A DNA stretch of 64,000 nt from Synechococcus sp. (GCA_047285805.1 JBJBCN010000002.1:416001-480000); one strand, 5' to 3'; counted from the stretch's first letter, positions 46,367 through 57,585 are shown. Numbers and translations are program-made. The notes: a model not told the origin generated them from the letters alone.

Positions 46367-47935
46367 TCAGTTTCCCCCAACCAATGGAAGAATTCTGAGG
46401 GTTCCATCGCCCAGCTTCAGCGTGACCGTGATTACGCGATGCTCAGCCCCCACGCGCGAGCGAGGCTGTGATCCATCGCCAGGATTGATGGCGATCTGAG
46501 GCCAGGCCGCGAGGGCGATTGAGAGCCTCAGGGTGCAGCCCGCCTCGAGTTTCGCCAGCAGCGGTTGGAGTTCCACCGAACGATGTTGGCTCTGTTGGGC
46601 GTCTGGGCCAAGGAAGCGGGCGAAGCCGGTGGAGAGCTGCTCGACCCGGCCATCCCGGTGGCAGACGGAGAGTGCGGCACAGAGATCAAAGCCGGGTTGA
46701 TCGGCAGCGGCCTCCAGCTCCAAGTGGGGTCGGCCATAGACCTCGATGGGCTCATCCAAGGTCGCCGCGGTGAAACAAGCCACATCGGTGCGGGCATCGA
46801 GATCGCAACGATCAACCGGTCCCGCGTCCAGCCCAAGGTGACCGCCCCGGCCGGCAACGGCACGCCAGGGGTCATGCACAATTACCACCTCCGCCGCCCC
46901 GGCCACCTGCTCAAGCAATCGCCCTTCGCCGGGAACCCTGGCGGCCAGTCCTTCGCTGGCCAGGTGCCAACTCTGCCCCGAGCAATCCTGGGGTGCGCGG
47001 GCTTGCCACTGCCCGCTCCTTTCCATCAAGACCGTCTCCGCTGGGGCGATGGGTTTTTGACCGCAGAGGTATCGGAGGAAGAACTCCAGCTGCAATTGAT
47101 CGATGCCCACTCCCCAGTCCAGGTGGGTCCAGGCACCGATGCGCAGCAGCGGCCCCCCGCCAGCCGCTACGGAGCGCCGCCAGAGATCCAGGACGCCGTT
47201 GAGGTGCGGGTCATGCCAGCCGCCAATGATCAGCATTGGTCGGTTCCAGAGCTCCGGGGGGGGCTCATGAACGCGCCACTTGGTGCTGTTTTGGGGATCA
47301 GCCTTCAGCCACTGCAGTCCTAGCCCTGTGGGGTCGAAGCGCTCCAGCAAAGCCAGGCCATCGCACAGGAAGCTGCCGTTCTCGAGGCTCAGGCGAATCT
47401 CTTGCCAGCCCTGCCGGTCCCCCTGGCGCTGGCAGCGTTGGGCAGCGAGCTGCAGGGCCCAACCCAACCCCAGCGCCCACCAGTGGCATCCACCATCGCT
47501 GGCCCAATGCAACCGTTCGTCCAGTCCACACATCGCTGGTGCGAGTGCGTCGGGCAGATGCTGCGCATCGGAATAGAGCAGTTGGCTGAGGCCCTGATAC
47601 GAGAAGCCATAGGTGCCCACCTTTCCATTGCACCAGGGTTGCTCTCGGATCCAGCGCAGGGTCTCCGTGGCGTCGCTTGCCTCCTGGGCAAAACCACCGA
47701 AATCACCACCCGAATCACCCCGTCCGCGGACGTCTTGAACGAGGACCGCAAATCCAGCCTCGCTGTACCAACGCGGATGGGCATAGGTGACCGTCGAAGC
47801 AATGGCGCGGCCGTATGGCTGGCGCATCAGAAGGCAGGGCCAGGGGCCTTCGCCTGCGGGCGTCCAAAGCGTGGCTGTAAGGATTGTGCCGTCAGCGCAG
47901 CGCAGCTGCTCCTGGCTCAACGGACGTTCGGGCAA
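46367..47935 (-). CDS. CocE/NonD family serine hydrolase
   Basis: RQPYG, QDVRGRGDS, GFSYQG, GGWHD, GAWTH. Confidence 0.9.
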   Translation of the reverse strand: MPERPLSQEQLRCADGTILTATLWTPAGEGPWPCLLMRQPYGRAIASTVTYAHPRWYSEAGFAVLVQDVRGRGDSGGDFGGFAQEASDATETLRWIREQPWCNGKVGTYGFSYQGLSQLLYSDAQHLPDALAPAMCGLDERLHWASDGGCHWWALGLGWALQLAAQRCQRQGDRQGWQEIRLSLENGSFLCDGLALLERFDPTGLGLQWLKADPQNSTKWRVHEPPPELWNRPMLIIGGWHDPHLNGVLDLWRRSVAAGGGPLLRIGAWTHLDWGVGIDQLQLEFFLRYLCGQKPIAPAETVLMERSGQWQARAPQDCSGQSWHLASEGLAARVPGEGRLLEQVAGAAEVVIVHDPWRAVAGRGGHLGLDAGPVDRCDLDARTDVACFTAATLDEPIEVYGRPHLELEAAADQPGFDLCAALSVCHRDGRVEQLSTGFARFLGPDAQQSQHRSVELQPLLAKLEAGCTLRLSIALAAWPQIAINPGDGSQPRSRVGAEHRVITVTLKLGDGTLRILPLVGGN

Positions 47936-48201
47936 TAAAGGCCCACGACATAGGTTGACAAAATTTCAGCGTCGGTGCTGTTCAGGCCCTGTTGCTTTGC
48001 GATCTGGGCGGTGGTTTCAGGGGAGTTGTAGGAGAGGCCGCGTGCGTTGAGCGCCTGGAGTTCGGCGCAGAGCGCTTTGGCCTTCTGGGGATTCTGTTTG
48101 ACCAATTCCAACAGGGCGGAGTCCGCCAGAGCTGGAGCGACCGGGATCAGGTTGAGGAAGGTGGCGGCCAGGGACAGGCCGCAAAGGCGGAGGCTTGTCA
48201 C
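47917..48201 (-). CDS. Secreted hypothetical protein
   Basis: Signal peptide (ALA), two Cys, C-terminal YVVGLYCP. Confidence 0.7.
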   Translation of the reverse strand: MTSLRLCGLSLAATFLNLIPVAPALADSALLELVKQNPQKAKALCAELQALNARGLSYNSPETTAQIAKQQGLNSTDAEILSTYVVGLYCPNVR

Positions 48202-48262
48202 TGGTGGGGCTCCTTATTTACTTATTTCAGGTCGCCTCCGCTACAGCGAACCAACCCAGGGG

Positions 48263-48676
48263 TCAGTTCCTTGAGCGACCGGCGTCCTGGGCCCGTTGGA
48301 TCCAGGCGCGAACTAGTGCCGCGGTGATGCGGGCTGGAGCCATTCCGGTGAGGGAGCGCTCAAGCCGCCCGAGTTGTGTAAGCAGTTGTTGAGGGGAGGC
48401 TGCAGCAAGGCCCTGCCGACTGGCGATGCCCGCGTAGAGCAGCAGTGCCGCTTGGTAAGGCTCCAGACCCAACTCCACGATCAGTTGGGCTTGTCCCCGC
48501 AGTTTCCGCAGTTGGCGTTCCAGTGCCCCACCTCGCCTCGAGAGCTGATCGAGCTCCCGATCGCTCAGGCAGGCAATCGCTCTCCAGCTATCGATACCGG
48601 CGGCGATCAGCACAGCCTGCTCCCGAGAAAAATGAGTGGGAAGCGGATAGGGAGAGGAACCCGGCTCGATGCTCAC
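48263..48676 (-). CDS. DUF4332-like protein
   Basis: AALLLYAGIAS...LAAA...VRAWI; GTGA overlap with ycf51. Confidence 0.7.
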   Translation of the reverse strand: MSIEPGSSPYPLPTHFSREQAVLIAAGIDSWRAIACLSDRELDQLSRRGGALERQLRKLRGQAQLIVELGLEPYQAALLLYAGIASRQGLAAASPQQLLTQLGRLERSLTGMAPARITAALVRAWIQRAQDAGRSRN

Positions 48677-49146
48677 CGGTTGGCGTTCACGCTGACGCTG
48701 ACCTCGCCACTGGACCAAGTGCGCACGGCAGTGGCCAGCACTACGGGACGATCGCTGCCATCGCCTTGGGGGTCCACGCGGCGGAGGCGCACCTCCACGG
48801 TGGGGTCCTTCCGGCCGCTGCCCCGCAGGTTGCGGGCCACCTGCTCAACGCTGGGTCCAAAGGTCTTGGCATCCATGTCAGCCGGGGCGGCGGCGACGAC
48901 CAGATCGGAGCCGTTGTCGAAAACCACCGGAACGCTCACGGCTCCATCGACGAGCAGCCTGGGGGCATAGCTCACCGCGAAGGCCAGGCAGGAGAGCGAG
49001 AGCAGCACGGTGAAGCTGGTGACGCCAACGAGGCGAAAGCGAAAGCCCCAGCGCGCCATAAAGGCCACAACGGTGATCAGCAGCAGTCCACCAGCGGCAA
49101 TCCCCAGCCATTCGCCAGCCGTGAGCAAGAGGGGATCGGCGCGCAT
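48673..49146 (-). CDS. ycf51: Ycf51 (DUF2518) family protein
   Basis: WGFRFRLVGVTSF and VVFDNG. Confidence 0.82.
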   Translation of the reverse strand: MRADPLLLTAGEWLGIAAGGLLLITVVAFMARWGFRFRLVGVTSFTVLLSLSCLAFAVSYAPRLLVDGAVSVPVVFDNGSDLVVAAAPADMDAKTFGPSVEQVARNLRGSGRKDPTVEVRLRRVDPQGDGSDRPVVLATAVRTWSSGEVSVSVNANR

Positions 49147-49179
49147 GGGGAATGTTCTTGATCGGGAAACACTCTTATA

Positions 49180-52100
49180 TTGCTGCCTTCTCAGCCCCCG
49201 AGACCCACGGGCCCAGCGCGCCGCCGACGGAATTCCAGAACGCGCGGCCCCGCGGCCTCTTCCCTGCCTGCCCTGCTGGCGGCTGCGGGTGTTGCGCTGA
49301 CTTGGGTTGGCCTCGACCGGGTCGCGGCTTGGCAGTACGGCCTGCGCAAACCCTGGCTCGAATTGCTTGCTAGTCGCTCCATGGGCCACCCCTTGGAGCT
49401 GGGTTCATATCGCGGCTTGCGTCCTTTCGGCTTGGCCGCTGGGGCCAGTCGGTTTAAGCCGGGGATCGATAATCCGTCGACAATCGAGGCTGAGTCAGTT
49501 TCGGCGGCCCTCGACCCCCTGCGGAGCCTTCTGAGCCGCCGTTGGGTCCTTCAATTTCAGATCCATCGCGCCCGCATCGACCTTCGGCGCAATAGCCAGG
49601 GTTCCCTCTGGCAGATGGGCCGTGTGCCCCCCGGCGCTGAGCCGCCACCACTCACCCTTCGCTACAGCCTGAGCGGCGGTCCGGCCCAGGTCCAGCTGCA
49701 TGGGGTCAATGGATCCAAGGCCTCATTGGCCATGGCCGGATCCCTCGCGGTCGATTTGCGCGGCCGTCGCCTGGAGTCTTCGCTGCAACTCCGGCCGGCT
49801 GGTGGTGGTCGGCTTGGTGTGGACATCACCAATGCCTGGCAACGCCAACGCCTTCGAGCCCAGCTGCAGCCCAGGGCATTCAAGCTCGCCTCGCTCTTGC
49901 CCTGGCTGCCCGGCGGCCTCAAGGCCGATGTCAGCGGAGCGCTCAATGGACGCCTGAGCCTGGAACGCTCCCCAACCAGTGACCGCTGCCAGGGCCAGAT
50001 CCAGCTGGCTCAGCTGCGTTGGCGCCCGTCTTCTAAGACGGACCCATTGCAGTCCGATCGCTTGGATCTGCGCTGTAGTCCCCAGGGACTGCGTTTGGCT
50101 GCCTCACCCCTGGAGTGGGGGGGCTGGCGCGGGAGTGTGCAGGGGGCGTTGCCGTTGGTTGGTGCCCGCGCCAATCAGCTCGCGCTGCAACTCCAGGCCC
50201 GTGAGCCCAAGGCCGGCCATCGCCTGCGGGCGGAGCTCGCTGGACCGCTGGATCAGCTCCAGCTGGACCTGGGTGGCCAATGGCAGGGGGCCGAGCCATT
50301 GCAACTCCAGGCCAAGGCGCTGTTGCGCAACAAACGGGGCTTCAAGGCTGCTTTGGAACGTTTGGTGCTGCGTCAGGGCGGCGGTGAGCTGGTGGCTCGC
50401 GGTGCCCTCTGGCCAAGGCTGCAGCTGCACAGCGAACGCATCAAGTTGGGTGCCCGTCAGCGTCAGGCTTGGGGGCCGGCCCTGGGCTCCACGGACACGC
50501 TGCAACTGCAGCTGCAGCTGCAGCAGCTCGGCGAGTGGAGTCAGCCCCAGCTTGCTCTTGAGCTCCAGCAGCCTGAAAACCCTCTGTTCGGCTCGATTCG
50601 CTCCCGCTTGACGTGGCGTCCCTCGGCCTTGCGTCTGGAGTCCTTTGACTCCCCCTATCTGACGGCCCAGGGGCCGTTGCCTCTGCAGGGCAAGCCCATG
50701 CGCCTGGCCATTGACCTGCGGCGTTATCCCCTTGCGCGGCTGTCTCCGCTGGTCGGATCCACGCTGCGCGGAGTGCTGAGTGCCGCCGGAACCGTTGAGG
50801 GGTCCTGGCAACAGCTCCGGCCGGATCTGCGCCTGCAGGCTGATGCCCCCGGGGTGGGACTGATTGGTCTTGAGGAGCGTTGGGTTGGCCAGCTCCAAGC
50901 TGTGGCCCAAGGCGGTGCCCGTCTACGCCTTGAGACCACCACGGTGCCTGGCGTGCTCGAGGCTCAATTGGATTCTCGTTGGCAACCGTCGCGGGCCAGC
51001 CTGAGGCGGGCTGGGGGCGAGTTGGTCCTGAGTGGAGCCAACCAGCGCTACCGCTGGCGCGCCAAGCGCCTCCCCCTCTCGGGCTTGGATCTGGCCCTGT
51101 GGCGGTCGGCGGCTCCCCAACCCCTCTCGGGCTATCTGAGCGGCCAAGGCGCCTTGGCCCTGAATCCCTTTGCTCTCAATGGCGAGCTTCGTGTTGAGCA
51201 GCCCCAGCTCTTCGGGCTCTTTGGCCGCTGGCTGCAGGCCAAAGCGGACTTCAGCCAGCGTCGCTTCCGTCTGGATGGCCAGTGGCAGGCACTGGGCTTT
51301 GGATCGGTGGGGATCCAGCTCAAGGGTCAGCAGGCCGGTCCGCTTTGGTTGCGCCTAGAAGCGCGCCAACTCCAATCGCAAACCCTGCAGGAACTGCTGG
51401 CGGCTGTGCCCCAATGGGGCGGCTTAGCCCTGGCCCCATCCGGCAGGGCCTTCGATTTGGGCACGCTGGTGTTCAACACCCAGGGCTTCTCCCTCGGCGA
51501 CCAGCTGGGGGCCTTGGCCCAAGCCCAGCGTCAACGCCAACGGGCGAGCTCCCTTGGCCGGCAGGTTCAACTTGAGGATCTGCGAGGTGTCCTTGACGCT
51601 GATTTCACCCTGCGGGGGCCATCCGCCGATCAACTGTTTGTCGACTTGGCGGCCAAAGGCCATCTCTGGCTGCAGGGCACCGACCGCGATCTGGCGCTGA
51701 CGGATCAGCCCACGTTGGTTCGGCTCCATGGGCCCCTGAATCAGGGGGGGGAGTTTGAGCTGTCCCACTTGCCCCTGGTGCTGTTGGCCCTGGTGGCCCC
51801 CATTCCTGAGGGCCTGCGCGGTTCCCTCTCCAGCCGCGGTTCCTATCGCCTCGGCGGTCGGGATCAAGCCCCGTCGTTCGCGCTGAATTTGGGCCTGCAG
51901 GACGGCTCCCTCTATGGGGAGCCGCTGTCCCTGGAACGGGGTGAGCTGACGCTGCAGGACAACCGGTTGGCGATCGACTGGGTCCTCCGGGGAGGGGGGG
52001 CATCGGAGGTCGTCGATCTGCGCGGTCAGGTGCCGCTGCAGGTGGCAGCGGAGGATCTCGAACTGCGGATTGGTAGCCGTGGCGATGGCCTTCGCTTCCT

Positions 52101-53574
52101 GACGGCGCTATCGGGTTCCGCGGTCCATTGGAAGCAGGGCAGCGCCGATTTGGAGCTGTTGGTGCGTGGCTCTTTGCTCAAGCCGGTCGCGAACGGTTTC
52201 TTGCGCTTCAGCAATGGGGTGATGCAGCTCGCGGATCAGACGGTTCGCGACCTCGATGCGGTGGTGCTCTTCGACTTCAGCTCCCTGGAGATGCAAACCT
52301 TGAGTGCCCGGGTGGGGGACAAGGGTGCCCTCAGTGGCAGCGGTGATCTGAACCTGTTCTCCCCAGGCCAGAAACGACTGAACTTCACCCTCAAACGCGC
52401 TCCGTTCAAGCTGGCGCGGATGGCCGCTGTTGCGGATGGAACCGTGGAGGTCGGTGGCTCCCTGTTCCGCCCGGTCCTGGGGGGTGAGCTGGCCTTGAGC
52501 CATGGGGAGATCAATGTCCAGCCCGGTGAACTCGCGACTGAAGAGGCGCAGAGCAAGCCCACATCGGTGCCGGCCCTGCTGGAGTCCAAGTGGGACTTCA
52601 GCAAGCCCCTGTTGGTGATGGGGCGTCAGCTGGAGAGCTCCAGCAGCCAAGACCTTCGCGCCGCCCTGCCCAACTTGGGCGCGGTTCGTTTTGAGCGTTT
52701 CCGGGTGCGCTTCGGTCGGGACTTCCGGGTGGAAGTCCCCAACGTTTTGAACTTCGGCGCCGGTGGTCAGTTGACCTTGAACGGTCCCCTGGATCCCGAC
52801 ATTCAGATCAGTGGTGTGGTGCGGCTCCTGCGCGGTCGGCTTGGCCTCTTCACCACCACCTTCAGCCTGGACCCCGATGCCCCCAACGTGGCAGTGTTCA
52901 CCCCGAGCCTGGGGCTGATCCCTTATCTCGACATCGTGCTGCGCACGCGGGTATCCGACACCCTCTCAGCCTTCGGTGATGGCAACCGCTCCAGCATCTA
53001 CGACTGGAACACTTCCGGCTCCTTCAACAACTCCTCGTTGACCCCGAACAGCTTTGACCAGTTGCAATTGGTCCGGGTGCGGCTTGAGGTCACGGGCCCG
53101 GCGGACCAGCTGATGGACAACATTCGCCTGAGCAGCACCCCGCCGTTGCCGGAGGACCGTCTGTTGGCCTTGATCGGCGGCAACTCACTGATCGGTCTGG
53201 CGGGGGGGGACGCTGGAGCCGCCGTCGCCACGGTGGTGGGCCAGTCCCTGCTCTCTCCTCTGGTGGGAAGCCTGACGGAACTGCTGGGGCAGCGATTGAC
53301 CTTCGCGATCTATCCGGCCTATGTCTTGCCGACGAACTACGACGCGGAGTCCAACCGTTCAGGTCAGGTTCCCTCGCAATTGGTCCCGGTGACCGACATC
53401 GGCTTGGATGTGTCAGAGCGCTTCAACGCCTCGGTCCTGGCTGCTCCAAACCGCAGTGACATTCCGCCCCAATTGACCCTGGGCTACCAGGCCAAGCCCT
53501 GGTTGGGACTGCAGACCTCGATTGATGCCGAGTCCCGCTGGCAGACCCAGATGCAGGTCTTCTTCCGCTTCTAG
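49180..53574 (+). CDS. TamB-like translocation/assembly protein (DUF490 C-terminus)
   Basis: 1464-aa beta-rich protein with an N-terminal TM; PYLDI and LSSTPPL...LLALIGG; ends in F. Confidence 0.85.
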   Translation: MLPSQPPRPTGPARRRRNSRTRGPAASSLPALLAAAGVALTWVGLDRVAAWQYGLRKPWLELLASRSMGHPLELGSYRGLRPFGLAAGASRFKPGIDNPSTIEAESVSAALDPLRSLLSRRWVLQFQIHRARIDLRRNSQGSLWQMGRVPPGAEPPPLTLRYSLSGGPAQVQLHGVNGSKASLAMAGSLAVDLRGRRLESSLQLRPAGGGRLGVDITNAWQRQRLRAQLQPRAFKLASLLPWLPGGLKADVSGALNGRLSLERSPTSDRCQGQIQLAQLRWRPSSKTDPLQSDRLDLRCSPQGLRLAASPLEWGGWRGSVQGALPLVGARANQLALQLQAREPKAGHRLRAELAGPLDQLQLDLGGQWQGAEPLQLQAKALLRNKRGFKAALERLVLRQGGGELVARGALWPRLQLHSERIKLGARQRQAWGPALGSTDTLQLQLQLQQLGEWSQPQLALELQQPENPLFGSIRSRLTWRPSALRLESFDSPYLTAQGPLPLQGKPMRLAIDLRRYPLARLSPLVGSTLRGVLSAAGTVEGSWQQLRPDLRLQADAPGVGLIGLEERWVGQLQAVAQGGARLRLETTTVPGVLEAQLDSRWQPSRASLRRAGGELVLSGANQRYRWRAKRLPLSGLDLALWRSAAPQPLSGYLSGQGALALNPFALNGELRVEQPQLFGLFGRWLQAKADFSQRRFRLDGQWQALGFGSVGIQLKGQQAGPLWLRLEARQLQSQTLQELLAAVPQWGGLALAPSGRAFDLGTLVFNTQGFSLGDQLGALAQAQRQRQRASSLGRQVQLEDLRGVLDADFTLRGPSADQLFVDLAAKGHLWLQGTDRDLALTDQPTLVRLHGPLNQGGEFELSHLPLVLLALVAPIPEGLRGSLSSRGSYRLGGRDQAPSFALNLGLQDGSLYGEPLSLERGELTLQDNRLAIDWVLRGGGASEVVDLRGQVPLQVAAEDLELRIGSRGDGLRFLTALSGSAVHWKQGSADLELLVRGSLLKPVANGFLRFSNGVMQLADQTVRDLDAVVLFDFSSLEMQTLSARVGDKGALSGSGDLNLFSPGQKRLNFTLKRAPFKLARMAAVADGTVEVGGSLFRPVLGGELALSHGEINVQPGELATEEAQSKPTSVPALLESKWDFSKPLLVMGRQLESSSSQDLRAALPNLGAVRFERFRVRFGRDFRVEVPNVLNFGAGGQLTLNGPLDPDIQISGVVRLLRGRLGLFTTTFSLDPDAPNVAVFTPSLGLIPYLDIVLRTRVSDTLSAFGDGNRSSIYDWNTSGSFNNSSLTPNSFDQLQLVRVRLEVTGPADQLMDNIRLSSTPPLPEDRLLALIGGNSLIGLAGGDAGAAVATVVGQSLLSPLVGSLTELLGQRLTFAIYPAYVLPTNYDAESNRSGQVPSQLVPVTDIGLDVSERFNASVLAAPNRSDIPPQLTLGYQAKPWLGLQTSIDAESRWQTQMQVFFRF

Positions 53575-53582
53575 TCCTCCCC

Positions 53583-54470
53583 ATGAGCCAGCTGATCGGA
53601 GTGGATGTGGGGGGCACGGCCCTCAAGCTCGGCCGCTTCTCAAGCGATGGAGAGCTGTTGGCGGAACTGACATGCCCGACGCCGCAGCCGGCCATGCCCG
53701 GTGGCGTGGTCACCGCCATCGTCGATGCGGTGGCGGCCCTGGACCCGGAGGGACTGGCCCGTCGGGTGGGCATCGGTTTGCCTGGCCCGATGGATGCCGA
53801 GGCCCGCGTGGCCCGCGTCTGCATCAACCTTCCGGGGTGGCAGCAGGTGCCCCTCGCGGAGTGGCTCGAACCCCAACTTCAGCGCCGCGTCACCCTCGCG
53901 AATGACGGCAACTGTGCCCTGATGGGGGAGGCCTGGAGAGGGGCTGCTATCGGCTACGACGACGTCCTGCTGCTCACCTTGGGCACAGGCGTGGGCGGTG
54001 GGGTCTTGCTGAACGGCCAACTCTTCAGCGGCCATGGCGGCGCCGCGGCGGAGCCGGGGTTGATCAGCGTGGATCCCGAGGGCCCCCCCTGCAATAGCGG
54101 CAACCGTGGTTCGTTGGAGCAGCACTGCAGCATTGCAGGCTTGCGCCGCTTGATGGACCGCAACCCCGAGACCCTCGATCAGCTGGCCCGTGTTGGTGAT
54201 CCGGAGGCCCTGGCGGCTTGGCGGGACTACGGCCGCTGGCTTGGGGTGGGACTGAGTTCCTTGATCTATGTCCTGACTCCCCAGCTGGTCTTGATTGGTG
54301 GGGGACTGAGTGCGGCCAGCGATCACTTTCTGCCCAGTGCCCTGGCGGAGGTGGAGCAGCGGGTTCAGGCCGAAAGTCGCCGTGGCTTCATCATTCGCCG
54401 CGCCCAGCTCGGAAACGGAGCCGGCCGACTTGGGGCCGCGCGCTTGGCGTTGGAGCGCCTTCACGATTGA
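53583..54470 (+). CDS. ROK-family sugar kinase (glucokinase-like)
   Basis: GVDVGGT, LANDGNC, TLGTGVGGG, CNSGNRGSLE. Confidence 0.9.
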   Translation: MSQLIGVDVGGTALKLGRFSSDGELLAELTCPTPQPAMPGGVVTAIVDAVAALDPEGLARRVGIGLPGPMDAEARVARVCINLPGWQQVPLAEWLEPQLQRRVTLANDGNCALMGEAWRGAAIGYDDVLLLTLGTGVGGGVLLNGQLFSGHGGAAAEPGLISVDPEGPPCNSGNRGSLEQHCSIAGLRRLMDRNPETLDQLARVGDPEALAAWRDYGRWLGVGLSSLIYVLTPQLVLIGGGLSAASDHFLPSALAEVEQRVQAESRRGFIIRRAQLGNGAGRLGAARLALERLHD

Positions 54471-54509
54471 GTCCGGCTGGGATGATGCTGATTCGAGCCA
54501 AGCAAGTGT

Positions 54510-55814
54510 GTGAACGTTCCTGATCCATCGCCTGAACTGCTGCAGCGCGCTGGTGCCGTTCGCACCGCTGCGATGGCCTTGGGACGGTGCAGTGATCAGG
54601 AGCGGCGGAATGCGGTCTTGGCGATGGCGGACGCCCTTGAGGCTGAGGCAAGCCAGATCGTGGCGGCCAATGCCGCTGATCTGGAGGCCGCGGCGGCCGA
54701 TGGCTTAGCGCCCGCTCTGGTGGCCCGGTTGAAGCTCGATGCCAAGAAGTTGGCTGGGGCGATCGAGGGGGTGCGCCAGGTGGCCCAGCTGCCTGACCCG
54801 GTCGGTGTTCGCCAGATGCATCGGGAGTTGGACTCCGGCTTGGTCTTGGAGCGGTTGAGCGTCCCCCTGGGTGTTCTCGGGGTGATTTTTGAGGCACGTC
54901 CCGATGCGGTGATGCAAATCGCTTCCTTGGCGATCCGCTCCGGCAATGGCGCCATCCTCAAGGGGGGGCGCGAGGCCAACCGGAGTTGCACCGCCATCCT
55001 TTCCGCGCTGCGGTCCGGCTTGGCCGCCTCCGCGGTTTCCCCCCAATCCCTGGAGCTGCTGACGTCTCGCCAAGAAAGCTTGGCGTTGCTCAAGCTGGAT
55101 GGCCTGGTGGATTTGATCATCCCTCGCGGTTCTAATGCTCTAGTCCGCTTTATTCAGGACAACACCCGCATCCCTGTCCTTGGCCATGCCGATGGGGTCT
55201 GCCACCTGTACGTCGATCAAGAAGTTGACGTTCCCCAGGCCGTTCGCGTCGCCCTCGATGCCAAAACCCAATATCCCGCCGCCTGCAACGCGATTGAGAC
55301 CCTGTTGCTGCATCGCTCGAGTGCCGCGGCCTTCCTGGAGCGGGCCTTTCCAGTTTTCGCCCAGGCCGATGTGGAGTTGCGCGGTGATGCGGCGAGTCAG
55401 GCTTTGGGGATCTCCAAGGCGGCCGCTCAGGAGGACTGGCGGACGGAGTACTCCGATCTGATTCTTTCGGTCCGTGTTGTGGATGACCTGCAGCAGGCCC
55501 TCGACCACATCGCCCAGAACGGCTCGCGCCACACCGAGTGTATTTGCACCACCAATGGCGCAACGGCGGAGACGTTCCTGCGCAGTGTCGATAGCGCAGG
55601 GGTTTATCACAACTGCTCGACGCGTTTCGCCGACGGTTTCCGCTACGGCTTTGGCGCTGAGGTCGGCATCAGTACCCAAACCCTGCCGCCCCGTGGGCCC
55701 GTCGGACTGGAGGGTCTGGTGACCTACCGCTATCTCCTGCGTGGTGATGGCCATATCGCGGCGGATTACGCCTCCGGAACCCGCAGCTTTAGCCACCGCG
55801 ATCACCCCTTGTGA
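54510..55814 (+). CDS. proA: Gamma-glutamyl phosphate reductase
   Basis: [46 protein letters not shown]. Confidence 0.96.
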   Translation: MNVPDPSPELLQRAGAVRTAAMALGRCSDQERRNAVLAMADALEAEASQIVAANAADLEAAAADGLAPALVARLKLDAKKLAGAIEGVRQVAQLPDPVGVRQMHRELDSGLVLERLSVPLGVLGVIFEARPDAVMQIASLAIRSGNGAILKGGREANRSCTAILSALRSGLAASAVSPQSLELLTSRQESLALLKLDGLVDLIIPRGSNALVRFIQDNTRIPVLGHADGVCHLYVDQEVDVPQAVRVALDAKTQYPAACNAIETLLLHRSSAAAFLERAFPVFAQADVELRGDAASQALGISKAAAQEDWRTEYSDLILSVRVVDDLQQALDHIAQNGSRHTECICTTNGATAETFLRSVDSAGVYHNCSTRFADGFRYGFGAEVGISTQTLPPRGPVGLEGLVTYRYLLRGDGHIAADYASGTRSFSHRDHPL

Positions 55815-56182
55815 GTTCCTCTGATCGCATCGTGGTGCGGGACCTCCGCCTCTGGGCCCATGTGGGTGTCCTTCCCCATGAGCGTGAGCTGGGTCAGTGG
55901 TTCGAGCTCGACATCGAGCTCGGTTGGGATCTCAGTGCGGCCGCGGCTGATGATGATGTTGGCGCCACCCTGGACTACAGCCGTGCTATCACGGCCCTGC
56001 AGGGCCAGGCCCTCGCCTTGCGTTGTCAGACCTTGGAGCACTGGACTGCGCTGATCTTGGATCTACTCGAGGACCTCTACGGTCCGGTGCCGATGGCGAT
56101 TGAGCTGCGCAAATGTCAGGCGCCCGTCCCCGGATTTGGCGGCAAGGTGGGTGTGCAGCGCCGCCGTCACCAGACTCCATGA
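55811..56182 (+). CDS. folB: Dihydroneopterin aldolase
   Basis: [25 protein letters not shown]. Confidence 0.9.
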   Translation: MSSSDRIVVRDLRLWAHVGVLPHERELGQWFELDIELGWDLSAAAADDDVGATLDYSRAITALQGQALALRCQTLEHWTALILDLLEDLYGPVPMAIELRKCQAPVPGFGGKVGVQRRRHQTP

Positions 56183-56185
56183 ACC

Positions 56186-56785
56186 ATGTCAGAGCGTCCT
56201 CTGCTTCTGATCCATGGACTTTGGGATTCCCACCGCTTGTTTCGGCGACTGGAGCAGACGTTGCTGGAGCGCAATCCGAATCTGGAGATCTTTGCCCCCC
56301 ACTTGCCCCATCGGCTGGGGGCAACCCCGATCCGTCAGCTCGCCGCGCAATTGGATGAGTTGATTCAGGAGCGCTTTGGCCCCGAGATCAGCGTTGATCT
56401 CTTTGGCTTTTCGATGGGTGGGGTCATTGCCCGGACTTGGCTCCAGGAATGGGGAGGCGCAACCCGGACCCGCCGCTTTGTCTGTTTGGGAAGCCCTCAA
56501 CAGGGAACATTGACGGCTCAGCTGATTCCGAGTTGGCCCCTGGCGGGCATTGCGGACATGAAGATCGGCAGCCCCCTGTTGCGTGATCTCGATGCTGGGC
56601 GTGATCACCTGGATCAGCTGCAGTGCGTGAGTTTGTACAGCTGCACGGACATAACGGTCTTCCCGGGTTGGCGAGCAGTGTTGCCGCAGGGGCCGCGCCA
56701 GGCCGTGCCGGTGTTCACCCACCGTCAACTGATTGCCCATCCCCGGGCAACAGCCGCCGTGGCTGATGTGTTGCTCGCCCCGTAG
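56186..56785 (+). CDS. Alpha/beta-hydrolase (lipase/esterase)
   Basis: IHGLWD, GFSMGG, LGSPQQG. Confidence 0.88.
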   Translation: MSERPLLLIHGLWDSHRLFRRLEQTLLERNPNLEIFAPHLPHRLGATPIRQLAAQLDELIQERFGPEISVDLFGFSMGGVIARTWLQEWGGATRTRRFVCLGSPQQGTLTAQLIPSWPLAGIADMKIGSPLLRDLDAGRDHLDQLQCVSLYSCTDITVFPGWRAVLPQGPRQAVPVFTHRQLIAHPRATAAVADVLLAP

Positions 56786-56861
56786 CAACAACGAATCTCA
56801 TCAGAGCTGTTGTCCCTTGCCTGCAGCGTGTCTATGGGTAGGCCACGTTTGAAGGCCTCGC

Positions 56862-57566
56862 ATGTGCTTTTCAGCCTCGGCAAGTTTTACCGCGTCAGCG
56901 GTCTTGATGCCGTTGGGGCTCTACAGCACCCACGTTGCGCAGAAGACCGGTAAACGTGACTACGTGCCCTTGGCCTTGGTGCCCTTTTTCTTCGGCGTCC
57001 AGCAGTTCGTCGAAGGATTGGAGTGGACCGCGATCGATAACGGTGGGGTGGAGCCCTTGAGCAGGTTGGCCGGATTGGGCTTCCTCTTTTTCGCCTATTG
57101 CTTCTGGATGATCTGGATTCCATGGAGCGCCTGGTCCATTAGTCGAACGGCTGACTCCAAGGGTCTTCAGAAGCGCCTGCGCTGGGTTGCGATTGTGGCA
57201 ACGGTCCTGGGTGTTGCCTTCTATTTGCCAGTGCTCCTTAATCCGCCGGCTCTGCAGCCCGCGGTCCATAGCAACGGTCGTTTGCTGTATGACGTCTCCA
57301 ACCTGCACAGCATCCTTCACAACTTCGTGAATACCGAGCCCGTGGGTGAGCTGGTCTATTGGGGCTTCATTGTTCTCCCCTTGATCGCTGTCTCAGATAA
57401 GGCTGTGAAGCTATTTGGTGTTCTGATCTTTGTCTCGATCTTCCTGACCTGGCTGACCTACAGCGCCACCTTTAACTCGGTCTGGTGTTTCTATTGCGCC
57501 GTTCTCTCGATCTATGTGATCTGGATTGTGAATCGGCCGGCCCTGCGCGCTGCATCGGGCCAGTAG
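56862..57566 (+). CDS. Integral membrane protein (DUF6629-like)
   Basis: MCFSASASF, QQFVEG, SVWCFY; about 7 TM helices. Confidence 0.7.
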   Translation: MCFSASASFTASAVLMPLGLYSTHVAQKTGKRDYVPLALVPFFFGVQQFVEGLEWTAIDNGGVEPLSRLAGLGFLFFAYCFWMIWIPWSAWSISRTADSKGLQKRLRWVAIVATVLGVAFYLPVLLNPPALQPAVHSNGRLLYDVSNLHSILHNFVNTEPVGELVYWGFIVLPLIAVSDKAVKLFGVLIFVSIFLTWLTYSATFNSVWCFYCAVLSIYVIWIVNRPALRAASGQ

Positions 57567-57585
57567 ATCCAGGGGAGGTCTCGGT

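Noticed and set aside
44565..46499. 644-aa plus-strand ORF, and similar long antisense ORFs over sigA, hemC, clpB, hemE and proA
   Set aside because: These are antisense shadows expected from high-GC3 codon usage; they carry no motifs and fully overlap well-supported genes.
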